Positions 37,001 to 47,700 of a stretch of 64,000 nucleotides of DNA are shown here, piece after piece. Made by a program: the position numbers and the translations under genes. The stretch comes from Balanoglossus misakiensis (lineage: Eukaryota > Animalia > Hemichordata). Location: assembly GCA_040954595.2 (NCBI GenBank), contig CM082591.2:6934047-6998046 (forward strand). Direction: 5' to 3'. A model generated the notes under the pieces. That model searched no databases. It was not told where the DNA came from and saw nothing but the letters and a program-made list of their open reading frames with translations. Each line of letters begins with the position of its first letter. The first letter of the stretch is position 1.

Positions 37001-39858
37001 GAGATCATTTGTATCAATTCACAGTTGAGCCAATAGACCATTTTCAAAACTCCACAAAAACCTCCGAGATCGCGCATGGGTGGGCAGTTTATATGACAGG
37101 GCGGGCATTCTCACGTGACACAGGACAAACAATGCATGGCCCGCCGCGTTAAATGGCACAAAAGTAACAAGTTTTGTTCAACTCTGCGCCTTTTCTAGTT
37201 TCATACAAAGTCTGTCTTGTATAACTTGACTGGCAACCCGTTGCTGTGGATCAATTTGGATGGACTGATTTACACACATTCGAAACAGCATAAAACATTC
37301 ACTTTTACACATTCACTCTCTGAATCGCGTCTCTTCTAAAGAGAGTAGTCGCCCATTCATCCGTCATGGGAAATAGAAATTGAAGTGTCCCTTGAATAAC
37401 CTTTAGTCAACACAATGACCAGTTCCACTGTTTGTCTGCGTATGACCTTTACCTCCGGTTTGTGTCACTATAATACAGTCACTGTGATATATTGTGATGT
37501 TCAGTCCAAATGAGGCCGCGTGAACAGTCCGACTTGCGCGCCCACCCGACAGCAGAAATACCAATGTCGCCAAGCTGGTTTGACGTTTAACGATAAGAAC
37601 AGCCTAAGCTAACACGGACGACAAAGCGAAACGTTTCGAAAAGCTATTTTAGGATATCGATTAGTGGCATTGGTTCACAACTCGAGATGGTTTACCTTAT
37701 CAGGAACAATGGTGCGGCGACCAGCTTGTTCCTCCTCTCTTGTCCCATACTCATGAAATATTCCGCCATTATCTCCCTCTATTTTGCTACCCACCTTTTC
37801 TGTTTCCACCCTCGCGTTTTCATCTTTTTCCATATTTGCTTCTTCAAGTTGCCCAACTGTCTGCTCTGTTTCTTCCTCCGTGTACGGATTTATAGCAACG
37901 GGAACTTTAAATCCACCGAAATTGATCCGTGGCCTAGAGTAATCCGATGTTATGTCTAAAAAGTAAAACGTATTACCACAATTTAGTATAAAAAAAACAA
38001 GTGTAAGATAGTACTTCCGCAAAAATTATGTTATTTCATTTTTTTCCAGAGTGTGTATAATGTGTGCCTAATGCACATTTCTCTAGTAAAAATCAAGTCC
38101 CGCGACCACAGTCCCCGATGACAGTGTATTTTGCACATCGTTCCCAATCTCAAGCTGTCTTAAAAGTTGCCTGGGTGTAAAATTCCTGGCTTTTAAGGCT
38201 GCATTCACAAACACCTCTGGAGGGGGGGGGGGTGGGGGGGGCGGGAGAATTCAATTTTTTACCGCTAATTTTCACATGCCCCCGTACACAACCCGAAGTA
38301 TTATCAAATCCCCCCTTCCGAACTGCTAACATTTTGAAATCCCCCCCCCCATTTTCTTTCACACAGCAAAACACATCACCTATCTATCTTGTAAAAAAGA
38401 AAAACAGCGCTCCCATGAAAAGAATTTGAAACTGATGTTTCCGTTATCAGTGGGTATTAAAACTGAACATTGTTTATATTTTTGAAGTATTTGTATTCTG
38501 TGTTGGCAGACATTGTAAACCGAGAAGTGAAGTGAAGGGGAGTGGGTTTGGAAGCGGGTGTCCCCCTTCCACGTAAGAAAATTTTATAAATACAGAGCTC
38601 AAAGCTGCATTTTAATGAACCCAAAAGCAAATTAACTCAACTACCTGTATGTTGGGGATGACAAATTTAACCTTCGCCGCTCAAAGTTAGCATTGGGGGG
38701 GGGGGGAGGCAAGTCCCCTGACCCGGGGCACTAGATAAACCAGTCAATGATTGAAAGGTGTTGATGAATGACGGGGGGTTGGTGTGGGAGGGGGTGTCCC
38801 CCTCCCGCATAAGAAAAATGTGTATTATGAAGGGTTCAAAACTGCATTTTTGTGGACTCAAAATAAATATTTAGTCCTCAAAGTTTTCATGTCCCCCCCC
38901 TTTCAGTCCCTAAATTATTTCAAATCCCCCCATACATACCCTCAATTTTTTTCAAATCCCCCCCTCAATTCTCCCGCCCCCCCCCTCCAGAGGTGTTTGT
39001 GAATGCAGCCTAAATGGGATCAGCACCACATTTAATGTAACAATTATCTGAATAGCCTATTATCATCTACGGAAGGGCTTCTTTCACTTTCGTTTTGCAT
39101 TGCCTTAGACTGGGAATACCCTTGAATACAGAATTTCACAGCAAAACTATGACTTCCATTGTCATGACAGTTTTAAATTCCTGAATCAGTCGATCACAGG
39201 AGTGAGATGTTGTTGTTTTTTCATTATTTTTACCAACACACCTGATCACAATGTAAGTGGTGGGGGTTGAATACGAATTGACTGTTACCATTCTAAAGTG
39301 TATTTGTGGAAGTTAAGGCCAAATAAAAAATATGTGTTGTTCCGAATACCCGACCTACCCTAATTTTAGCCCGCCGACCCTGAACTTTTAAGAGCTTCGT
39401 AAACCCGGAAGTAAAAACAACGATACAAAATTTATGAAAATTGCGAGAATCGCGCAAGAACTATGGCATCATTCTTCTACTCTACGACGGCCAAAGATAT
39501 AAAATTAAAAATTACAAATAAAAAATTCCCTACCTACCCTATTTTTGAAAACCATGTAATAGGAACAGCACATATTTTTATTTGGCCTAATGGTGTTATT
39601 ACATATTAAAGCATGTCATAGAGAAAAGATTAGCTTACCTATCGGAGAATCGAACTGCACGATGAAAGCCCGTTCATGATCTCTGTCTGGATCGTCGTCA
39701 TCCGCGCAGACAGCAGCAGGGCGGACCGAGATCACCTTGTTGAGTTTAAAGGTCTCTTCCTTGTTAAAGTAAGTTTTCAGTTTGCCGCCGACTGTATCGT
39801 CGTCAAAGTAAATGGGAATGTCGCCTGATACCAATATCGAGCGTGACATGACTGACAT
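18924..39858 (-). CDS. PARP14: PARP14-like macro-PARP, copy 1 (4 RRM, long IDR, KH array, 4 macrodomains, KH, WWE, mono-ART), ~2869 aa
   Basis: 29 phase-compatible exons: 39858-39639, 37955-37696, 36961-34822, 34595-34422, 34173-33934, 33621-33385, 32957-31443, 30744-30566, 30084-29848, 29135-28914, 28450-28387, 28208-28084, 27955-27719, 27320-27099, 26687-26639, 26402(or 26411)-26311, 25943-25707, 25404-25183, 24557-24467, 24294-24133, 23626-23558, 23342-23172, 22724-22518, 22209-22013, 21424-21350, 21083-20717, 20191-20055, 19837-19660, 19207-18924 (sum 8610 nt). Motifs: YFENKRRSGGG (RRM), SIAIPAMGTG (macro), WKFGDDGTFEDYD (WWE), LFHGT, YGKGTYFA, YPEYLI (PARP). Symbol denotes family likeness, not proven orthology. 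Confidence 0.92.
20264..20611. mobile_element. TTAA-flanked palindromic MITE family B (PARP copy 1 intron)
   Basis: Same TIRs as 18385..18731; TTAA on both sides. Confidence 0.88.
21493..21863. mobile_element. MITE with GTTCACATT / AATGTGAAC termini; paralogous copy at ~44347-44717
   Basis: TAGGCCGTTCACATT ... AATGTGAACGGGGACTA with internal GTCCGACTCT repeats. Confidence 0.65.
22849..23032. mobile_element. TTAA-flanked ~185-bp MITE family C (shared by both PARP copies)
   Basis: TTAA|AGGTACTCGGTCACC ... GGTGACCATATACCT|TTAA. Confidence 0.88.
23368..23448. repeat. (ACTAA)n microsatellite; longer in copy 2 (~46222-46332)
   Basis: Direct observation. Confidence 0.9.
24665..24960. repeat. Dispersed intronic repeat (TTCACACAGGG..GACACTATTTGCCTAT family); also ~25960-26230, ~47597-49070 (interrupted), ~50080-50350
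   Basis: Shared sequence ttcacacaggg..gacactatttgcctat..gtccacacaca..ccatagacaatgg in four places. Confidence 0.75.
26862..27045. mobile_element. MITE family C, present only in PARP copy 1
   Basis: TTAA|AGGTAAACGGTCACC ... GGTGACCGTATACCT|TTAA; empty site in copy 2 at ~51005. Confidence 0.92.
28687..28859. mobile_element. Tc1/mariner-type MITE (TA TSD); paralogous copy 52647..52808
   Basis: TA|CAGCCAAACCTGT ... ACAGGTTTGGCTG|TA. Confidence 0.82.
30142..30483. mobile_element. MITE family A (PARP copy 1 intron); copy-2 counterpart 55464..~55995
   Basis: TTAA|AGCCCCTTCAGCTGCCA ... TGGCAGCTCTAGAGGC; internal sequence is the reverse complement of 16060..16407. Confidence 0.8.
30845..30968 (+). 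mobile_element. Extreme 3' remnant of CR1/L2-group LINE; paralogous copy ~56355-56478
   Basis: Encodes SFKKHIKTYLF, followed by AAAGCGCCATTGA..CTATAAAT, similar to the 3' end of the LINE at 1591-1660. Confidence 0.7.
30969..31418. repeat. Compound microsatellite (GATT)n/(GGTT)n/(GAGT)n
   Basis: Direct observation. Confidence 0.97.
33157..33239. mobile_element. 83-bp hairpin MITE (AcademH-like) nested in an older inverted-repeat element 33123..33321; paralogous copy ~58699-58781
   Basis: TIR TAGTCTCGGTTACCCAGAGCCCTCTGCTTCTTCCG; 10-bp TSD GGGGGACTGG; outer TIR CAGAGATTGTAGC / GCTACAATCTCTG. Confidence 0.88.
38197..39010. mobile_element. PIF/Harbinger-type MITE family D in PARP copy 1 intron 1
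   Basis: TAA|GGCTGCATTCACAAACACCTCTGGAGGGG ... CCCCTCCAGAGGTGTTTGTGAATGCAGCC|TAA. Confidence 0.92.
39081..39096 (-). promoter_or_regulatory. ISRE/IRF-E-like motif in PARP intron 1
   Basis: Minus strand AAAACGAAAGTGAAAG matches the GAAANNGAAA consensus with an extra half-site. Confidence 0.35.
39317..39587. mobile_element. PIF/Harbinger-type MITE
   Basis: TAA|GGCCAAATAAAAAATATGTG ... CACATATTTTTATTTGGCC|TAA; internal CCTACCCTA motifs. Confidence 0.88.
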
Positions 39859-40264
39859 ACTGCATAAAAACTGACAGAGTTGCGCGTCTCTATGACTACC
39901 CCCACTACAGGGTGGCCCACTAAGTCGAATCGCGGCGGTGACGACTTAACATTGTTTTAAAAAACCTCTGGACTTGTCACACGTATTCATCTCGTGCGTT
40001 TTAATTCGGAGAATTACTCGACGGGCTATCGATTTTGATTGGATGTTTGCTGTCACAAGACCCAACTCATGACCACGCGGGTTTTTCCCCCACAGAATTT
40101 GTCCTACTTTCGTGGCGATTGCAAAGTGGCCGACAACAAGTGTTTGGAGATTGTAGATCTGCGAGTGGTTCATGTTCACTTGCGCGTATGCAGCAGCGTT
40201 GGTCACTTGAGCGGCGGACGTCGTTATTGTCGTCCGTTTTCCAACCCTGACTATGATGTTTTAA

Positions 40265-40616
40265 AGGGAAGGGGTGGTCACGCCGCGTGGGTGTCCCCCT
40301 TGTCGAGAATATGTCCTCCCATACCAGCACAAACCTCACTGCAGTCGCCACGACCTACTAGGATCTTCAGTTGCTGTCATGCCCAGTCTACAATAAAGGG
40401 AAGGGGTCGTCGCGCCTCGTTGGTGTCCCCCTTGTCGAGAATATGTCCTCCCCATACCAGCAGAAACCTCACTGCAGTCGCCACAACCTACCACTATCTT
40501 CAGTTGCTATCATGCCCAGTCTTTGCTACGGTTGGCCGCTTCGTTCATTCTAAAAATTATCTAATTTCAGGGATTTGTGGATGAACTGTAATGTAAGGCG
40601 CGACGACCCCTTCACT
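40265..40616. mobile_element. TTAA-flanked MITE with internal 132-bp duplication of its left end, upstream of PARP copy 1
   Basis: TTAA|AGGGAAGGGGT.GTC ... GACGACCCCTTCACT|TTAA; taaagggaaggggt at 40262 and 40394. Confidence 0.78.
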
Positions 40617-41104
40617 TTAAACGATGAACGCCCAATTTGCCTGTAACGTCTTTTACCTTCAGACTCTCGGTATCATCAGCATGTCGACCCTGGGGAAATA
40701 GTGTCGCTATGAATGACCGCCTCATAGGGGCAGGGGAAGTGAACCACAGACAAGGCCAAGTTCAGAGATCGCCGTCAAAAATGAAACTTCATACATGCTA
40801 TGGTATAGTGTTCATGATTTGCCTTGAGGAAAATGTATGATACAAATGAGTGGTGTATTTTCAACACGTCTGTCTGTTTTGTTGTACCATAAAATGGTTG
40901 TATTTTGCTTGCGACCTTACACCTCTTTTCTGTGGGCAGCTTGATTCATTTCCTTCTGCATGATCCTGATAGGCCGCCATATAAAACGCCGAGTCTGTCC
41001 ATGGTTTGCTGCACAGGGTTGTGGGAGGCGTGGGCGTGTACAAAGGTCACAGCATTGTCATCGAGTAGTACGGTGATACTCTACGGCAGTCGATAAGGAA
41101 TGGG

Positions 41105-41213
41105 ACTTTCATACTGCGTACGACGCGCTGCCAGGCAAAGCGTCGCGTCCATAGGACTTTATATATGTAACGCGGACGCGCATTTCAGTATCACACAGTG
41201 TTGGAGCAAGACT
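41105..41213. repeat. Dispersed repeat end (ACTTTCATACTGCGTACGACGCGC..GAGCAAGACTA), also ~29695-29797 and ~55022-55119
   Basis: Near-identical sequence in three places. Confidence 0.8.
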
Positions 41214-41533
41214 AGCCTGAGCGCATAAGAAAGTTTTCCGGTAGACTCTGTAGATCTAAATTATCCATGGATGCTTCCAAACACCGTCTCGTCATTTGCA
41301 TATACCGTTGTGATGCGTAGAACACATAGGCCTGAGCGAAAAAGAAATTTTCCGGTAGACTCTGTAGATCGACGTTTTGTTCTAAAATATCCATGGATGC
41401 TTCCAAACACCGTCTCCTTATTTGCATATTTCGTTGTGATGCGTAGAACACATCGGCCTGAGCGAAAAAGAAAGTTTTCCGGTAGACTCTGTAGATCGAC
41501 GTTTTGTTCTAAAATATACATGGATGCTTCCAA
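41214..41533 (-). repeat. 127-bp-family tandem repeat, inverted relative to 17468..17826
   Basis: Reverse complement of the same unit (ccggtagactctgtagatcgacgttttgttctaaaatatccatggatgcttccaaacac), ~2.5 copies. Confidence 0.93.
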
Positions 41534-41729
41534 ACAAAATCTCGTGGTATACCATGGCTGGGGGTGTTTTATTGCTTAACTATAGTAATATAAATACTGG
41601 TTTAAAATATCGGTTTCTGATTATACACTGAGGGTTTAAACTATAGTTCTTACATCTTGAAACATGTGACGGAAATGTCAAATGTACATCCCATTTAATA
41701 TTTTCCAAATACATCTCCAGCTTGAAATC

Positions 41730-44700
41730 TCACTTAAAAGTGATCAGATATTCAGGATAAGCCACGGCATCTCGGAAGACGACGAACATAATTGGGTTCG
41801 ACTGATTATTGACGACACTATCATAACAATCAAGTGCGTCCTTTGGGTTCTTGGGAGGTGGTTCAATCATTTTGGAGTTCCCGACTGTGTACATCCCCGT
41901 CAAAACTCGTGCCAAATACATGTTCATAGTGCCACTGCTATCAGACTCCGCATATCCACTGGCAGAGTATGACGCTTGCACTGCAAAGTAGGTGCCTTTT
42001 CCATACGCGGTAGCTGTCATAAATGAAAAGTTATGAAGATTGAGCCATGATTCGATATCAGCAATATTCTGCGTACCATAAAGTATTCATCTATACACAT
42101 GCGCATTCATTTCCTGTTGAACGAACTGGCTGCCTTAAATAGGTCTTTACTTTATAGCAAGGGAGTCAAATCATAATATAATACATGTATTCTGGGTAAA
42201 AAGTCGACAACTCACTGTAGTAAGAGATATAGAAGAAATGATATGTTTACTGTATTTCATGACTTCCTTTGGTCAAACATTTCTGCCTTTATAGTTGATA
42301 TATATTAAAGTCAATCAACTTTTTCATTTGTTTTCTTTTTTTCTGTTACAAAGTATCAGAATGACCGAATGTCACTTAAGCTAATTATGAACTCCCATTT
42401 CTTAAACATGCCAAAAATCGGCCATCTTGTAATTGTGTCAACCTTGTGAGATTTTCATCACTCACTTAGGTAGCTTAAAACCTATTTAAGGTAAGGAGAA
42501 TTGTAACGTAAAAGACTTACCATTTTTACCGGCGAAGCTTCTGTTAAATCCTCCAGCGTTGATCTTGTCAATGGAATCTGCACTTGTTCCGTGAAATAAT
42601 TTGCGTTCATTCTGCGTTCCCGGTGGATTTTTGATCTCCAAGGTTTCCTTATTTACCATATACTGACGATATAAATTTTCATTTTGTATACGTTGTATCT
42701 AAATAATACATAAATAACATAAGTAATCACTATGGTTTCACAGTGAAGCATACGTACATCCCAATTCAAGGCACGACAAGTCCTGTTCAGAAACCTAAAG
42801 TTACTTATCCTATCCACACTTAACGATTATTGACCGCTCTTATATTTAACTTAGTGTAGTCGATCACAGGTGTACAATAGAGAGTCCGAGATTCAGGAAG
42901 GATAAACGTACCTGTACAGTTTGTTTGGGAGTATATGTTTTCCTGAAATATGCGTCCACGTCTTGATATTCCTGAGACTTGGGATCGAGGGGCACGCTTT
43001 TGAATCGACCGGTGGGAGGCATTGGATCCCAATTTGCGGGAACACCACCTGGTGGCAGATAAAAAGAAAACGTTTAAACCTAATACAACAGAAGTTATGG
43101 TTAAGTTTCAGCTCAGTTAAAGGGACAAAGTCTCTCTCTCGCTGCCCATTTTCATTAATTATGTTTGATACAATGCACTGTTTATGTTATTCTATATTGT
43201 GGATATATAGTGAATCAACGTTCGACCACACACAACTTCCATCCCGTTTGTAGGATATGAGAGTAAAAATCTCGCCAAAATGAATAAACGGTAAACACCG
43301 ATTATTCATTTTGGCAAGTTTTTATCTCTCATGTCTACAAGCAGGGTGGAAGTTGCGTGTTGTCCGAACGTTGATTCACTATATATCCACATGTAGAATA
43401 ACATAAACGATGTCTTGTATCAAACATGATTGCTAGAAAAAGGGCAGCGAGAGAGAGACTTTGTCCCTTTAATATTTGTGATGCATACCCCGATGAAACA
43501 ACATTTGGGTCACCTGTGTCTTGTCATATTATGAATTTTATAATACAGCAATGCTGTGTCGATGTATACTTACTTTGTTTTTCCACCCTCCTGACAGAAA
43601 CCTTAGCTGCCATATTGTGCAGGTCAATCTCTTGCATGTCTTTGAAAACGATTCTGTATTTACCACCGTCAATTTCAAAATCTACTGAAGGCTTCTTGTC
43701 TACGTGAGCCATTTCTATTATTCCCGTCACCCTTTCATCATAGTCTTCAAAAGTGCCATCGTCGCCGAACTTCCATCGGACGTTCTTTGCCAAGTCCTTC
43801 TGTCGCTTTTCGTGAATCTTGGTAGCCAGTTCGTCCAAAATCGAGTTGGCCTTTCTCTGTACGGCAAGTACATCATAACCTAGGCCTTTTATCACAAGAG
43901 TAGGAGTACCCGACTTGGTGGCTTTTCTCACGGCAACCTGGAACAGAAGAGCTAATCAAGTTAAAGGGGAAGGGTCACTTGAAATGCGCATGTGCGAATT
44001 ACACCACACATACAATGGTCACAAAAGCATTTACTAAGGATCACCGTCAGAGCGCGTACTAAGACACACAGACAAAAGTGTTTGCCATTCATAAAAATAT
44101 CATTATCATATTTCAACAGGAAAACGCCGCAGTGTCAGCTTTTTGGCCAATTCTGAGTTCCTGTGGTCTAAATAAAGGGAATGATATTTACATGTATACG
44201 TACGTTGTGTTGCAGGCCACTTAGTACAATATTCTTAAAGTCTTCATCACTTAAATGCTGGACATTTTTGTGTATTATCTGTAAAAATTAAAAAAAAAAC
44301 AGTGAAGAGTGATGGCATGTTCGAAATGAACCAGATTTATTTCATATAGGCCGTTCACATTACTCAAAAAAGGTTAGGCCCTTGTCCTAGCAAGGTATGT
44401 GGCCTAGCAAAAAACAGGTGTGAACGGGTCTGGCCGACCCTTGTCCGGACAATTTGGTCCCAGTCGAATGGGGTGGTGTGTGGTCGACTCTGGTCCGACT
44501 CTGGTCTCAGCCAGGTGTGTGTGTACACGTTTTGTCCGACTCTTGTCCTAGTTGACACCTTTTACACTTGACATAAACAGTGTAGTCTATCATTTGACAA
44601 TGGGGAAAATCGAATAAACAACCAGAAAAGGACCAACATGGTTCTGCTTTATAAGGTCAAAGGTTGGCGAGACGATGTTGGCCAGGACTATGCTAAACAC

Positions 44701-47700
44701 AATGTGAACGGGGACTAAAAGATTAGCTTATCTTGTCACAATCATCAATTAGGAACTAACAGATGTAAATACTATCTCAAATACTTCAGAACAGCATATT
44801 CTGCAGTAGCTTTCACAAATATGTATTTTTTAAGCTCGCATAAGACTTTCCAAACTCCAAACATACATGTTCAGTTGTTTCCTCCCTGATGTACGTCTGT
44901 AACTTCTTTACAGCGCCACCAATGTTCGCTTTTGAGTCAGAGTAGAAATTCAATGTCAGTGTGTCGAGCTTCGTATGACTTGTCCAACCAGCTGCACTGC
45001 TATCTGGTTCGTTGTTGCCGGTGATTTTTGTTTTAATCGTCGAACCAATCGCAGACGCCTTTCCTACAAAAGAACACGTTGTTTTGAAGTGCTGTGTCAG
45101 TTATGACTCTAGAATCGTGGATTTTATACATAATGTTATAATACACTGCACTCACCGAACTACCATGATCCGTATCGACAATCAGTTAATAATGCATTGA
45201 GACGGAAAGTTAATATTATTTACCAATATATCCTTGAATATTCATCAGATTCCGTCAGCATTGACATATGACCTGCTTGTAACATTTCAATAAGTTATAT
45301 CATACAATGTGCTTTCAGGTACTGTAAATTATATACTTGTGACATGTATCCAATTCAAGTTTCTAACTTACCAAGAACCTTCGAAATCACACCCTTAGTT
45401 TCTTCCACTGGTTTTCCTTGGAATTCTTTCATAACATTTTGGAACGTTTTGCAGTCTTCGGACTTGAAAATCACGACTCTGATATCCGTCAATGTTTGTG
45501 GCGTACACTTGTAGGAGAAGCTACCGATGGTGTCTAAAATTTTACCGATGACCTTTTTGGGCGCCATTTTTAATATTCCTACAAGAAAGCAGGACAAGCG
45601 CTTGAGGATTCGAGTGATTTACAACCAAACAAATGCCAAGCCTCTAAACGGAAGAATACCTCACTCTCTCCCAAAATCAGATGCCACGAGATATCTCTTT
45701 AAAGGTACTCGGTCACCTCCAATTTACATACGCCCATATATGGCTAAAATTGAGCATTTCAGTGTTCTAAAGAACAAATGGTGTCGCTCTTTTTTCGCGT
45801 GTGCCACCCACTACAAATCTGTAATTGGCTAGATCTCAATTTGCCATGGTAACTGTAGCTAAATTTACATAGGTGACCATATACCTTTAACCTTGCACTG
45901 AAAATAGACACTTCTTTATTTACACGGAACACTGTTACATTTGTGTGTATTGGTTTATGACAATAGGAAAGACCACTGCTCGCGCTTAAAATAAAACTCA
46001 CACGAATTTATACCAGAACTAATACCTGTTCCTAGTAAGGGCATGGATATGCTTTGGAAGTTACTGTCTTCTGCCAATTTGAACACATCGAATAGTGTCT
46101 TTTCGAAGTTTCCCGGTTTTAATACGACATGGATGATTTTTCGGCACTTCAGGTTTCCAGCATTGGTCGTAACTATGCTCCCACGTTTCAGTTTTCCTAT
46201 AAAAGAAATGACAATGTCTTTAAACTACATTAAACTACACTAAACTTACACTAAACTAAACTAAAGTAAACTAAACTAAAGTAAACTAAACTAAACTAAA
46301 CTAAACTAAACTAAACTAAACTAAACCAAACCATTAACTGTAGTGAAGTTTTCATGAGACCTTAAGGTCTTTAAACTCTGCTCCTATCCACCTGTCTTAG
46401 ACTTTCCTTAAACTTGAATATTATATCTTTAATATACCTACCAAGACGTTTACATTCTTTGGCTATAGAAGCCCCGCCTGCTTGAAGTATTGCTGACTGA
46501 ATACCAGTACCTGTAACAATCACAATAACACATATACATATATGTATATTGTACATTTTTCGCCTATACGTGTACATAAGATACATTCAAAGTGTAAAAT
46601 GTAAAATATGCTCGACCGCAGTTCCTGTCTTCTGAATGATCTTTATTAAAAACCAACGTTTCGGCAGTACATATAAAGTAACCCTTTTAAAGGAAAAGTT
46701 CTGACCAGCCTGAATTTGCCTTTTGAGTTGAAATTAGTTACCTCTCTTGCCAATCTTTCATAAAATTTAATGATAGCATCACACATTTAATGAGGAGAGC
46801 TTTTCGAAATAAATACTATGTGTTGCGCCATTTTCTCTAATTATCCATAATTATAGCGCCCTCTAGTATCATTCTCTGGCAAGTTTTTAGGGGGTCTTTC
46901 TGGGGAGCCTCGATCTGTACATAGTATTAAGACATACTCAACGTTAGTATCGAGATTAAAGAAAAAGTTCATACATGGTCTTGCCTTAACACCGTAAGAG
47001 AATGTGAAATATAAGAACAATTCACCTCTGTCAAGATTGAGATCTTCATTTGTGCTGTTAATTATGGCAACCGTTGTTTCAGCTGTAATGTCTCCATGAC
47101 AAGCTTCCAGCCGAATTCTCCCAATCATCATATGCCCATCTGTGATGGTATCTTGTGTAAATTCTGAGTACATGGATGGCTTGGTTTCTGAAAAATCATG
47201 AACATTTAGATTATTCCGGCTGAAAAGTAAAACAGGCTTGTCTTATGTACAGTTAATGACAACGGTTAAACTAATTAACAACAGGCCAATTAAGTTGCTT
47301 CATCGAACGTTTCAACGCGTGACTTTTCATTTGAAAATTGGTTCCCACTTTTTTTTCAAATAAATGGTTATTTCTAGGAAATGGAAAGTAAAAAATTACC
47401 ATGTCGTTTTCGAGTTGTCTTTACTGATGCTTCTGGGGAGTCTGACGTACCAGTTGGTACATGTATCTTTTGCATTTCATCCTCAAATGCCTAAAAGGGA
47501 AAAAGATACAAACGTAATCCTTTGGTCAGTCATTCCATACTAAAAATCATATTTAATCCGTATTAAAGACGCGACTGGATTGCATTAACACGTATCAGGT
47601 TCACACAGGGTACAATTTAGTGCCTTTCTCACGTGCCGTCAACGCCGCCCCAGCTGCGGCCCTAGGGCGGCGTTAATTTGTAAGTGCCACGTGTGAAAAG

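Noticed and set aside
39030-39260. Additional PARP exon in intron 1
   Set aside because: The candidate acceptor leads to stops in all frames, and exon 1 joins exon 2 in phase to complete the RRM.
40039-40584. 181-aa plus-strand ORF upstream of PARP copy 1
   Set aside because: Overlaps a MITE with an internal duplication; no recognisable domain.
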